The notes beneath the pieces were generated by a model. It had not been told where the DNA came from, ran no database searches, and worked only from the letters and a program-made list of their open reading frames with translations. A program made the translations under genes and the position numbers. Shown here in pieces: positions 27,600 through 36,940 of a DNA stretch of 64,000 nucleotides. How positions within the stretch are numbered: position 1 is the first letter of the stretch; each line of letters starts with the position of its first letter. Source of the DNA: a virus (taxonomy: Duplodnaviria; Caudoviricetes); the IMG/VR virus record IMGVR_UViG_3300028591_000070, positions 64,001-128,000 of that record; one strand, 5' to 3'.

Positions 27600-29522
27600 T
27601 TAGTTTAATACATTTTCATATTTTTCTTTGTTTGCTAAGAAAACTTTCCATAATTCAGGGTCATAAGCATCCGTTGGGAAATATTCCATTGACTCATCAA
27701 TCATAGAGTAAATAAAGCATAGAATGTTATCAGCGGCTTGGTCTAAGTCATTATCATCATTATCCCAGTCGATATTTTTAGTTAATTCTTCACATAAAGC
27801 ATAAGCTTTAGCTTTATAGGAATTTTCACTCTCTTTAAGGTTTGTACTTTCTTCCAAATCAAGAGTTATACGATTATCATATCCATCTTCATATTCATCT
27901 CCATCTGGATGCCAATCTAAGTCATCGTCTTCCCAAAGTTCACCACACTCTTCACAAGTATAATCTTCATATTGATCTTGGCGAATAGTATGACCACAGC
28001 AAGGACATTCAGCAATATTACCTGTATAAGTACCTCTAGATTCTTTTAAAGGTGGTTTTGTATAATCTCCATTAGCAGTACAGTAATAAACTTCTGCACA
28101 ACCTTGTGAAATTGCATAAGCAAATTCTTTTCTCATGCTATTATACTCTTGTTCAGCTTTTTCTGCAGTAAATGGACCATAAATATCATCCCAAGCATCA
28201 TCACCTTCTGCATATTCCATTCTAATGTAGTATTTTCTTGCACCTTCTTTTACTGTGGTAAGTTTAACTGAACCTTCATCAAACTTAAAGTTTTCTTGGT
28301 TATCGTCCTCTTCTTTCTTAGCTTTTTGGTCTTTCTTAAACTCTTCATGAGCTTTAGAGATAGACTCATCTGATTCTTTAACAGTTGTAAGCTTTACAGA
28401 ACCTTCATCAAATTTGAAGTTTTCTTGATTATCATCCTCTTCTTTCTTCTGCTCAACATCTTTTTCATATTCAGCATGGGCATCATAAATAGACTCATCT
28501 GATTCATTTAAGATTGCTTTACCATTAAAGATGCTCTCAAGGAGTTTGAAGTTATAATTCTCTTTAAGATTATTAAGAGGCTTAGGATTATAAGAACTTT
28601 CTTTAATAAGTCTGCTTAATGCATCTGGACCATATCTCTTAATTAAGTTCTGCAAATCATTTAATGTGATGTTATAAACTTCTACCAAGTCATTTGCAGC
28701 TCTCTGTGCATAGTTTGCAAATGTATTACGAGATACATTATATTTTGCAGCAAGATTTGCAATATTCTTTTCAGCATTTTCACCTTTAGCCATATTAGCA
28801 ATAACTGTTTTGAATGCAATCATAGGGCTAAATCCATTTTTCTTTTCAGTTAATTCTGGATCTCTAGTAAATGCTCTAAACATTTTAAGGTTATCTCGCA
28901 ATTCAAACTCTTCTTCAGGATTTGCTATATCACTTGTGATGTCATCCTGTACCTCTCTATTGATTGAATGATCACCAGAACCTACCTTTTCATTGCTAGA
29001 ACTTGTAGTTAAATCTTGCTTAATATTACCTAAGTTTCTTGTAAGTTCAGTAGACATACCACCTGTGGCTTCAAGGTTGTTTGACATATAAAGAATTGCA
29101 CCTACTTTTGTATAATATACCCAAGTAAGATAATCTAATTCTCTTCCTGGTTTTACATACTTAATAAAAGGTCCAATTGTATTTGTATCTGTAATAGGAT
29201 AACCATCAAAAATTGCCATCCAAGAAGCTGATACCCAGTTATCAACAACATCGTTAGCTGAATACTCACCATTCTTTTCAGAAATGTTTAAGTGCTTAGC
29301 CCAAATGCTAATTCTTTTTCTATCTTTCGAGAACTTTGTCTCGATAATATCTTTCATCTGCCAGAAAATATATTCCTTTGCAGATTTATCGCCATTCATT
29401 GCGGCTTTTACAATTTGTACAAAATTTACTCCTTCCCATTCATCTAGAGAACTCTGAGGACAAATTTTTGTAAAAAGCTGTCTCCAATATGGTGTAATAT
29501 GCTCTTCATTTAATGTTTCCAT
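27600..29522 (-). CDS. multi-domain protein: sigma-factor-like N-terminal half, then tandem repeat, Zn ribbon and small domains separated by [LIV]xE motifs
   Basis: KAAMNGDKSAKEYIF, NPEEEF, IANLAAKYNVSRNTFANYAQRA HTH; CPCC...CEEC; repeated LKES/VKES/LNES. Confidence 0.6.
   Translation of the reverse strand: METLNEEHITPYWRQLFTKICPQSSLDEWEGVNFVQIVKAAMNGDKSAKEYIFWQMKDIIETKFSKDRKRISIWAKHLNISEKNGEYSANDVVDNWVSASWMAIFDGYPITDTNTIGPFIKYVKPGRELDYLTWVYYTKVGAILYMSNNLEATGGMSTELTRNLGNIKQDLTTSSSNEKVGSGDHSINREVQDDITSDIANPEEEFELRDNLKMFRAFTRDPELTEKKNGFSPMIAFKTVIANMAKGENAEKNIANLAAKYNVSRNTFANYAQRAANDLVEVYNITLNDLQNLIKRYGPDALSRLIKESSYNPKPLNNLKENYNFKLLESIFNGKAILNESDESIYDAHAEYEKDVEQKKEEDDNQENFKFDEGSVKLTTVKESDESISKAHEEFKKDQKAKKEEDDNQENFKFDEGSVKLTTVKEGARKYYIRMEYAEGDDAWDDIYGPFTAEKAEQEYNSMRKEFAYAISQGCAEVYYCTANGDYTKPPLKESRGTYTGNIAECPCCGHTIRQDQYEDYTCEECGELWEDDDLDWHPDGDEYEDGYDNRITLDLEESTNLKESENSYKAKAYALCEELTKNIDWDNDDNDLDQAADNILCFIYSMIDESMEYFPTDAYDPELWKVFLANKEKYENVLN
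28248..28505 (-). repeat. in-frame tandem duplication, 2 x 129 nt (43 aa)
   Basis: ESDESI..AH.E..KD...KKEEDDNQENFKFDEGSVKLTTVK occurs twice. Confidence 0.9.
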
Positions 29523-29535
29523 TTATATATCTCCT

Positions 29536-30546
29536 TTAATTTGCGCAAAAATATGGTTCTGACCAAGAAGAACCTGTACTATAATTTACTTCTAACCCAT
29601 CATAAATGTCACCATCATATGCATGTTGAACTTTAGCATAGTCTGGAAGCTTTTCTAACAACTTTTTAAGGTCACCAACTGTAGTTACCCTAATAGTCTC
29701 TTCTCTTAAAGCTGTTTCTTTTACTTTAGCTTTTTTACCTTTAACTGGCTCATCATCACCTTTATCATCAAACATAAGGTGGTCATTATAATCAACATTT
29801 GTAAGATTACCATTTTTGCGTGATCTATAAAGAGGTTTATCATCTTCTCTAGAACGCCACCAAGCTAAGAAGTCATCAATAGTACCATTATCAAATCTCT
29901 TATCGAAATCAGTTCTTCCTATAGGATTATAGTTTGGTCCATCAAAGAATGTTTCACCTTCTGTTGTTTTATCTCTCTTAGGGTCAAATCTAGAATAGCG
30001 TCTCTTCTGCCATTCTTTTCTTTGTTTTTCATAATCACTCGGACCACTATATCCTGTTTTGTGGTCTGTACCATCACCTTTACCATTTGCAAATTCCTGT
30101 GGTTCATAATATTTTCTAGCATTTGATACATATTTATCAGGCTCTTTTGCTTTAGGTGGTTCTGGTTTTGTATATACAATTTCTTTTTCAGCAAGTTTAG
30201 CTTTTCTAGCTGCTAATCTTTCTTCAATTGACTGGCTAGATTTTGTAATAACTGCTTCTTCTACTTTTGGAGCTTTCTTTTCTTCTAATGAAGCATTAAA
30301 TTCAGCTTGTTCCATTTTATCAGTCATTTCAGTTAGAGCTGCCATTTTAGCTTTTCTATCAGCAAGTCTTTTCTCTAATAAAGATTCTTCTTTTTCTTTT
30401 TTATCTTCTGCAATACACATAGAAGGAACTACAATTTTTGCGCAGTTTTCAGGAGCAGCAGCTGCAATAGCACCACTCATTTGAGATGCACCACCCACAT
30501 CTTCCTTCATATATGCTTCTGCAATTTTGTCTTTTAATTCATCCAT
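29536..30546 (-). CDS. hypothetical protein, putative head-internal processed protein
   Basis: 336 aa; many [LIVM]xE motifs; ACTAATTATCTT before ATG. Confidence 0.7.
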   Translation of the reverse strand: MDELKDKIAEAYMKEDVGGASQMSGAIAAAAPENCAKIVVPSMCIAEDKKEKEESLLEKRLADRKAKMAALTEMTDKMEQAEFNASLEEKKAPKVEEAVITKSSQSIEERLAARKAKLAEKEIVYTKPEPPKAKEPDKYVSNARKYYEPQEFANGKGDGTDHKTGYSGPSDYEKQRKEWQKRRYSRFDPKRDKTTEGETFFDGPNYNPIGRTDFDKRFDNGTIDDFLAWWRSREDDKPLYRSRKNGNLTNVDYNDHLMFDDKGDDEPVKGKKAKVKETALREETIRVTTVGDLKKLLEKLPDYAKVQHAYDGDIYDGLEVNYSTGSSWSEPYFCAN

Positions 30547-30576
30547 AAGATAATTAGTTCTCCACTATTTATAAAT

Positions 30577-31101
30577 TTAATTTGTATTTTCTTCAATATT
30601 TTCAACTTTTTCAACAGGTTTAAGCTGAGTTGCATTAGCCATATTAAACAAAGCTTGGAAGCCTTGTAAAACTTCCATTGGAGCAATTGTGTTTAATTGA
30701 TTTATTGTTGTATTTGCAGGAACATGCTCCTTTTCTTTTTCCTTCTCTTTTTCTCTTCTCTCAGCTAGCTCATTCTGTTGTGCTGCAGTAAATAATTGAA
30801 TAAATGGAGCTAATGATTTTGAAGCTAAGTCATTTTTATTAGTTGTAGCAGCCGTTAACATACCAACAAATGATGGGTCCAAATCCTTAAATCCATTTTG
30901 TATTGCATGCTGTTGTGCTGCTTGTACAAACTGATGATCTTCAACTTGCTCTTTAAATAAAGCTTTAGCATATTGCAAAACCTCAGCTTGTAGCTGTTCA
31001 ATCACAGATGGTTTTTCATCTTGAGTGATAGTAGGAGGATTATTTGGATTTTGTGTTGCTGGCGTTTGTGTGCTAGTTGGGACAATTTGTGTTGAATCCA
31101 T
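30577..31101 (-). CDS. hypothetical protein
   Basis: 174 aa; ACTAATTTATTT before ATG. Confidence 0.75.
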   Translation of the reverse strand: MDSTQIVPTSTQTPATQNPNNPPTITQDEKPSVIEQLQAEVLQYAKALFKEQVEDHQFVQAAQQHAIQNGFKDLDPSFVGMLTAATTNKNDLASKSLAPFIQLFTAAQQNELAERREKEKEKEKEHVPANTTINQLNTIAPMEVLQGFQALFNMANATQLKPVEKVENIEENTN

Positions 31102-31140
31102 AAATAAATTAGTTAATATTTACAATAAGAGGAAAATAGA

Positions 31141-31920
31141 ATGATTGAATTTAAAGCATGCAGAAAATGTCATCATACTAAAGGTCCAGTTCCTGAAGGC
31201 TATTATATGAGTGAGTCGGTGAATCCTAGAACTGGTGTAAAAGTTCCTGTTATGATTGAATGCGAACATCATAGAGTTTGGCGAATTAAGAAAGCTGCAG
31301 AAAAGAAATTTTTGGATGGTGGTTTTAATAAAGACTTTTTTGACTACGATATTGCAGATTACAAAGGAAATGAGTCAATTTCTAATGTAAGCCGTTTAAT
31401 TAAATATGTTCACTTATTTGATGATAAAGATATAAAGAATGAAGTTGTAAAAAGTGTTTTATATTTATATGGTCCAAATGGTACGCAGAAGACAACTTTA
31501 GGTAATTGGATTGGCTCAGAACTTATTCAAAGAGGTATTTCTTGTCAATATGCTCTTATGAAGAAAATTATCGATGAACTTTGGGAATCTCAGCGAAATG
31601 AAGAATCTAAAGCTTATATTGATAAATTATTAAAGTGCGATGTCTTGGTTATTGACGAGGCTTTTTCAAAAGATAAAATTCATCTCTGGCAATCTGGAAA
31701 TCAAATTGGATATATTGATGAATTTTTAAGAGAAAGATTAAATAATAGAAAAGGAATTATTTTTATTTCAAATAATGCTCCAGATGAAATTGAGTCTCAA
31801 GGTTTCAGCCATTCAATTCATGATTTGGTAAACAGAGAATTGCTAAAAACAGATGGAGCAATGAAAATGGTTGATAAATATTTTGATAATATTGGAGAAA
31901 TTCCAGAGAGATTGTTTTAA
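31141..31920 (+). CDS. DnaC/IstB-like AAA+ ATPase (helicase loader)
   Basis: LYGPNGTQKT Walker A variant, CDVLVIDE Walker B, IIFISN, N-terminal Cys/His cluster. Confidence 0.8.
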   Translation: MIEFKACRKCHHTKGPVPEGYYMSESVNPRTGVKVPVMIECEHHRVWRIKKAAEKKFLDGGFNKDFFDYDIADYKGNESISNVSRLIKYVHLFDDKDIKNEVVKSVLYLYGPNGTQKTTLGNWIGSELIQRGISCQYALMKKIIDELWESQRNEESKAYIDKLLKCDVLVIDEAFSKDKIHLWQSGNQIGYIDEFLRERLNNRKGIIFISNNAPDEIESQGFSHSIHDLVNRELLKTDGAMKMVDKYFDNIGEIPERLF

Positions 31921-32306
31921 TGGATAGGTTAGACTTAAAAAGAAAATTAGTTTGTGAAATGCCAGCTGTGCCTGCTTATTGTGATGTTCCTAAGTTTAAA
32001 GGTGATTTTCATGTGCAGATGTACTATTGGGATGATGATGTGAAGGACTATAGAGCATGCATAAAAGAAGCCCACTTTGATGGTAAATATTTCCATCTCT
32101 ATGATTTAGATGCTTATGAAGCAGTAAACTGGATTGATGATTGGAGTTATTTTACAACAAATATTAAAACTCCAGTTTGTGAAGGTTGGATAAATGAAGT
32201 AAATAAAGGATGGAGAAATCCAAGCCCTTTATGCTGTAAGTTTAATTCAGAAACTAAAAAATATGAAATCATAAAAGAAGATAAACTTAAACTCTTAAAA
32301 GAGTAA
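31920..32306 (+). CDS. hypothetical protein
   Basis: 128 aa, TAATG coupling. Confidence 0.75.
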   Translation: MDRLDLKRKLVCEMPAVPAYCDVPKFKGDFHVQMYYWDDDVKDYRACIKEAHFDGKYFHLYDLDAYEAVNWIDDWSYFTTNIKTPVCEGWINEVNKGWRNPSPLCCKFNSETKKYEIIKEDKLKLLKE

Positions 32307-32311
32307 AAAAT

Positions 32312-32333
32312 AAGCCGCTCAATTGAGCGGCTT
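32312..32333. terminator. bidirectional intrinsic terminator
   Basis: perfect palindrome AAGCCGCTCAATTGAGCGGCTT between convergent genes. Confidence 0.85.
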
Positions 32334-32338
32334 TATTA

Positions 32339-32776
32339 TTAGAAATTATCAGGTACTTGTATTGTTATCAATTCAGAAGCGTCCATGCATTTACCAACTC
32401 CTGGGTCACCGGCAATCAACGCGTGGCGCTTATCAGCATGTCCTAAAATAACTGCTTTAACTATATTTTCCATATCTCTGAAAATGAAGTCGGCATCATT
32501 TGCAATTTCAGTGGCATCTTCATCCATTAAAGCAGCTAATGCATCAGATGGAGCTTCACCAATATGAGAAGCACCTCCATATAATGGGGCATCAGGTTTT
32601 GGAGGAACTGGAGCTTTTGCTTCTTTTATTTTTCTTTCTGGGTCTTTATCAGCATCATAATTTGCAGGATTTTCTTCTGCATTAGGAGCAAAATCATCTA
32701 ATCCTATTTCTTTAGGCATCTCTCCTTTTTCAATGCTTGATAAAATATCTAAAAGACTTTCATTTATATATTTCAC
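32339..32776 (-). CDS. N-terminal fragment of a P-loop ATPase ending in a putative split-intein N-half
   Basis: HALIAGDPGVGK-CMDASELITIQVPDNF-stop; GTG start with AAGGAGAG. Confidence 0.7.
   Translation of the reverse strand: MKYINESLLDILSSIEKGEMPKEIGLDDFAPNAEENPANYDADKDPERKIKEAKAPVPPKPDAPLYGGASHIGEAPSDALAALMDEDATEIANDADFIFRDMENIVKAVILGHADKRHALIAGDPGVGKCMDASELITIQVPDNF
32342..32389 (-). other. putative 16-aa split intein N-fragment (IntN)
   Basis: Cys directly after the Walker A Lys; CMDASELITI resembles intein block A. Confidence 0.6.
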
Positions 32777-32778
32777 TT

Positions 32779-33216
32779 TTACTCTCCTTTAATGCAGTGA
32801 AATAATGTATGCTTCTTAAAAGGACCATAACTTTCTGTTAAAACTAAATCCTGAGTAGGATCTTCAGGAGCAGTTAAAGCCGTAATAAATGGACACTTCA
32901 ATTCTGATGGATCTGTTGGAGTTGGAACTACAGGAGCTTTAAGGCCTGAATTTACTAATGGTTCTGCAGTATTTAATGAGTATTCAATTGGAGTCTCAGC
33001 CTGAGCAATCAATGAAGCTGGGTCTCTACGATTATAAACTACAACTTCTGCCGGATTAGAAGGCTCAACTGTCTCCTGTTCTTTTTGGAATCCTGGAAGA
33101 ATGTTGCCAATATCCTCTGGAGAAATAAAATATTGAATTACCATTCCCTTTGGAGGAATAAAGTTTATTGCTTTAAGAAAATCTTCTTCGTTTGGTTCTT
33201 GAACTGATATGTACAT
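32779..33216 (-). CDS. hypothetical protein (Pro-rich)
   Basis: 145 aa; ACTAATTAAAAC before ATG. Confidence 0.75.
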   Translation of the reverse strand: MYISVQEPNEEDFLKAINFIPPKGMVIQYFISPEDIGNILPGFQKEQETVEPSNPAEVVVYNRRDPASLIAQAETPIEYSLNTAEPLVNSGLKAPVVPTPTDPSELKCPFITALTAPEDPTQDLVLTESYGPFKKHTLFHCIKGE

Positions 33217-33219
33217 GTT

Positions 33220-33756
33220 TTAATTAGTAGAATTGCGACGAGATCTTTGTTTTAAGGCTTTGCTAATATTTTCATTGTGTGACTTTGGACGTTTTTTAGC
33301 ATATTCAGAAATAGATTTATTTCTATTTGCAATTACATCTTCATCTAAATGAGACATCGACTCGGCAATTTTATTTCTAACCTCCTTTGCTTTTTCTTCA
33401 CCATATAAAATATCCAATGGTGGTTTATACCACTTAATATAATGTGGTTTTGCTTCTTCAAATTCTTTTGTATAATAAATTCTCAAACTTTTAAATTGAG
33501 GCTTATTATAAATTTGAATAAGCTTATTATAACAATATGTTTGCATTTCGCCATCGCTCTCTTTCGCTTTAAGGTAATATAATCTCAAAGCAATTGCCAA
33601 TGGAACTTCGAAAAAATATAAAAACTTATAGGTCATAGTATTTTCAGGAATAAGACCTATGTTTACGAGACTTTGAGTTTTCCTAAATAACTCGTCAAAG
33701 TTTTCAATTTTATCCAAGTCATTCCATTGAGAAATGAATGAAACATCTATAATCAT
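33220..33756 (-). CDS. hypothetical protein with NUMOD3-like basic C-terminus
   Basis: YGEEKAKEVRNKIAES...SHNENISKALK resembles NUMOD3 motifs. Confidence 0.5.
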   Translation of the reverse strand: MIIDVSFISQWNDLDKIENFDELFRKTQSLVNIGLIPENTMTYKFLYFFEVPLAIALRLYYLKAKESDGEMQTYCYNKLIQIYNKPQFKSLRIYYTKEFEEAKPHYIKWYKPPLDILYGEEKAKEVRNKIAESMSHLDEDVIANRNKSISEYAKKRPKSHNENISKALKQRSRRNSTN

Positions 33757-34367
33757 TTTGTGTCATACATCCTTGATGGTGTGAAATATTTTCCTTGATT
33801 ATTATGCTCACAATGTACAAACTTTACTATAGGTTCATCATAAGTAAAATCTGGCGAGCAAAAATAACTAGTATTGAATGATGAACAATGGCCATTAAAT
33901 GAAATCTTTTTATCTGGAATTATTAAGCTAATAGGGTTATCTGCAAAATAATTTCCCATAATCTGATAGTTGAGGCTCTCAAGATTCATGCATAAAACCC
34001 AAGTAAACTTATACTCATTTAATGTTTTAATTATATCAAGTTTTTTAGAAAATGGTGGATTTGATAAAACTAGGTCAACATAGCCAATAGTTTTTATTTT
34101 TTCAAAAAAGTCTCCATCTGGCTCAGAAATGTGAGAATGAATAATTTCTATTTCTTTACCAAATTTTTCTTTTAATGCAATTACAAACTCTGAGTTCTCT
34201 TTATCAAAAGGACACCAAATTCGTGGAATTGGTTTTGTTGGATTCCAATTAGAATAAATTCCATCTATGTAATTTTCTACAAAAGGCATAATTACATCAA
34301 CTAAAATCTTTGGTGTATATAATTCATCATTATCTCTTTTCATTGCATTTCTAATACTTGTTGACAT
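33753..34367 (-). CDS. adenine-specific DNA methyltransferase
   Basis: DELYTP...IWCPFD...GDFF...SNPPFSKK. Confidence 0.8.
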   Translation of the reverse strand: MSTSIRNAMKRDNDELYTPKILVDVIMPFVENYIDGIYSNWNPTKPIPRIWCPFDKENSEFVIALKEKFGKEIEIIHSHISEPDGDFFEKIKTIGYVDLVLSNPPFSKKLDIIKTLNEYKFTWVLCMNLESLNYQIMGNYFADNPISLIIPDKKISFNGHCSSFNTSYFCSPDFTYDEPIVKFVHCEHNNQGKYFTPSRMYDTK

Positions 34368-34408
34368 CTTATGTTAGTTAGTAGAATTTTCAAAAATCAA
34401 AATTTTAA

Positions 34409-34469
34409 TTGAACTTTTTATATCACTCTAGTATATTCTATATAAGAAAATTTTATAGGAGATTTTACT
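34409..34469 (+). promoter_or_regulatory. sigma70-type promoter plus RBS
   Basis: TTGAAC-N17-TATATT-CTATATAAG...AGGAG. Confidence 0.8.
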
Positions 34470-34763
34470 ATGGAAACAATGGTTAAAGATTTTTTCTACG
34501 ATAACAAAAACACAGGTGAACGTAAGCGCCGCAATGTTGTAGTTCTTAAGGAACGCGATTTTGCTTCACAGAAGGTTATGCAGTCTGCAGAAGAAGACTC
34601 AATTGAAGGTATTGATCTTTCTCTCCTTTCTGAAAAGGAAGTTAAGCGTTTCTTGAAGGTAAAGGAAGCTTATGATAAGCAGATGGCAAAGGTTATGCCT
34701 AAGGCTTACCGCAAGTTTTTGAAGTCTGGAATCATTGAAGTTGACCAGATCCTTGGTAAGTAA
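34470..34763 (+). CDS. hypothetical protein
   Basis: 97 aa, AGGAG RBS. Confidence 0.8.
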   Translation: METMVKDFFYDNKNTGERKRRNVVVLKERDFASQKVMQSAEEDSIEGIDLSLLSEKEVKRFLKVKEAYDKQMAKVMPKAYRKFLKSGIIEVDQILGK

Positions 34764-34765
34764 AT

Positions 34766-34948
34766 ATGAAACTATTTGAAAACTGCATAGTTCAGTCAAA
34801 ATCTTATCCAGAGTTGAATGGAAAACGTGTGACACGAACTGTTAAGTGGTGTTATTGCGGAAATCAAGACTCAACTCTGTATGAGGTTATTCTGGATGAT
34901 GGGAAACATTATCAGCTCTATGAAGATGAGATGGTGGAAAAGAAATGA
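34766..34948 (+). CDS. small hypothetical protein
   Basis: 60 aa, operon packing. Confidence 0.7.
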   Translation: MKLFENCIVQSKSYPELNGKRVTRTVKWCYCGNQDSTLYEVILDDGKHYQLYEDEMVEKK

Positions 34949-35361
34949 AAGAAAAAATTACATATATTGCCAGAGATGGCCGTGAGTTTTCATCCAAAGA
35001 TGAATGTCTTCACTATGAAAATGGTGATGCAATTCGTTCTGTGAGAAAATCTAAACAAATTGCTTATGACATAATTTGCTCTGAATTACATGCTATTAAG
35101 CAGAAGGGCACATGGCAGGAAACTCTGAATCGGAGTAATAAAAAACTTAACACTTATATAAATCTTCCTCGAAGCCATCAAGTTCTTGAAGAGATGCTCC
35201 ATACTATAAAGGACGTTTTAAGCTATACAAATAGCGTAAATGCCCATAATAACAGAATTAAAGAATTGCGTGAAAAACGTAATAAGTTAAAAGCCGATAT
35301 TATTGGTTTAGACAAAAAAATTGCAGAAATTGATGCTAATAAGGAGTCTAATAATGATTGA
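34945..35361 (+). CDS. hypothetical protein
   Basis: YIARDGREFSSKDECLHYE N-terminal motif common in small phage proteins; C-terminal coil. Confidence 0.75.
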   Translation: MKEKITYIARDGREFSSKDECLHYENGDAIRSVRKSKQIAYDIICSELHAIKQKGTWQETLNRSNKKLNTYINLPRSHQVLEEMLHTIKDVLSYTNSVNAHNNRIKELREKRNKLKADIIGLDKKIAEIDANKESNND

Positions 35362-35593
35362 TCCTGCTATTCAAACAGCTTATGGAGAACTTTGCAAAAA
35401 GCTTCAAGACGAAGCTAATAATCTTTGTGGGCCATCAGCAGTAATTATTGCTCCTGTTGAACGACCTTATGGAACAATGATTTATCTTTCTTATGGTGAT
35501 AAAGAATATGAGTTTAATCCAAGTGGTTTTAATTATCTTTATGTTCTTCGCCAGCTTACAGATAATCCAGTTATGGATGCTATAATGGAGTAG
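35354..35593 (+). CDS. hypothetical protein
   Basis: start moved to 35354 (AAGGAG upstream). Confidence 0.7.
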   Translation: MIDPAIQTAYGELCKKLQDEANNLCGPSAVIIAPVERPYGTMIYLSYGDKEYEFNPSGFNYLYVLRQLTDNPVMDAIME

Positions 35594-35596
35594 ATT

Positions 35597-36052
35597 ATGT
35601 TTTTTCGTCCAACATTTGAAGAGTTTTCAAAAGCAGCTCAAGCTAAAAAAACTCAAATTGAAAATTTAAGAATAGCTGCTGAAAATAATCATAAAAGTGC
35701 TTTAAATCAGTTGAATGTTGCTTTTTCAGCTTTTGCAAAACAGATGTACCCTTATTTTGAAGAAACTTGTAAGGTCAGTGGCCTAAATGACCTTTATTTT
35801 TCAATTAACGAAGATAATTGGGATTATGAGGTGACTTATTACTCCGACCATCGAATAGAGTTTATACTCACATATGATACACAACACTTTATTATTTTGG
35901 AATATCAAGCTGTTCATGGCCAAGAAGGTTCTGTAGACGTTACAGAAAAGCTAACAACAGGTGATGCTGACATTGAGCGCGCCACAAGGTATTTTCAAAG
36001 TCCAGTTTTTATGGGTAGTGTGACAGATAAACTCTTGGAGTGTATACAATGA
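35597..36052 (+). CDS. hypothetical protein
   Basis: 151 aa, GGAG RBS. Confidence 0.75.
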   Translation: MFFRPTFEEFSKAAQAKKTQIENLRIAAENNHKSALNQLNVAFSAFAKQMYPYFEETCKVSGLNDLYFSINEDNWDYEVTYYSDHRIEFILTYDTQHFIILEYQAVHGQEGSVDVTEKLTTGDADIERATRYFQSPVFMGSVTDKLLECIQ

Positions 36053-36237
36053 AAATGATTATTACATATTTGGCTGGTTTTATTTCTGCAGGAGCTTTGC
36101 TTTTAAGCTGGATAAATGGAGAAATTATTTTTGGTTTTATTATTTCCATTCCAATAACAATTCTTGCTTTTATTTTTGTACATAAAGTTCATAAGAAAAA
36201 GCAGAAAGAATATTACAATCGCTTTAAGGGGCTTTAA
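36049..36237 (+). CDS. small membrane protein
   Basis: two TM helices; ATGA coupling. Confidence 0.7.
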   Translation: MKMIITYLAGFISAGALLLSWINGEIIFGFIISIPITILAFIFVHKVHKKKQKEYYNRFKGL

Positions 36238-36239
36238 TT

Positions 36240-36674
36240 ATGGATGATATTGATGATGCACTTTCTTATGCAAAATATAACTTTGAAGGAGTTATTGCTG
36301 GATTTAGAGTTCAGAAAAAAGAACGTCTAAAAGAAGAAAATAAGCGAAAAGATAAAAAGCCAGAGGAATTTAAACATTTAACTCTTTTTGCTGCGCAACA
36401 TCTTTCAGATGAAATAAAAAATTATTGTCATGCTTATGGTGATTATAACCATGCTACAGTTTGGGCAGCTTCATTTTTGAATGATATGGTTAGTGAATGT
36501 AAACAGCATAATTTTGAAAATTTCATTTCTAAAGATGAAATTCCATTAAAAACCTTAATGGAAAAAGCATGTGAAGTTCTATCAGATGACGTTATGGATG
36601 TTCATGTTTCTTGTAAGGCACACTTTCATGAAAGAAATGCGGACCCATATTTTGAAATTATTTTGAAATATTAG
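36240..36674 (+). CDS. hypothetical protein
   Basis: 144 aa. Confidence 0.75.
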   Translation: MDDIDDALSYAKYNFEGVIAGFRVQKKERLKEENKRKDKKPEEFKHLTLFAAQHLSDEIKNYCHAYGDYNHATVWAASFLNDMVSECKQHNFENFISKDEIPLKTLMEKACEVLSDDVMDVHVSCKAHFHERNADPYFEIILKY

Positions 36675-36682
36675 GAGTGATA

Positions 36683-36940
36683 ATGGCTAAAAAACTGATG
36701 ATTATTTCTTGGTTGGCATTAAACATTATTGGATTTGCAGGTATTTTTGTAAATTGGCCTAAATTATTTCTTTTAATTGTTGTTCCAATTTTATTGGTTA
36801 TTCTTATTACTTCCTTCTTCAAAGAAGAAACTAATGTTGAAAAAAGAGAGCTTGAAAGTTTTAGAGCCTATATAAACTCAGGTATTGATGGTGCTGCTGA
36901 AAAAATTGCAGAACATCCGGAGGTATTGCTATGGAGATAA
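36683..36940 (+). CDS. small membrane protein
   Basis: two TM helices; AGGAG upstream of ATG 36683. Confidence 0.7.
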   Translation: MAKKLMIISWLALNIIGFAGIFVNWPKLFLLIVVPILLVILITSFFKEETNVEKRELESFRAYINSGIDGAAEKIAEHPEVLLWR

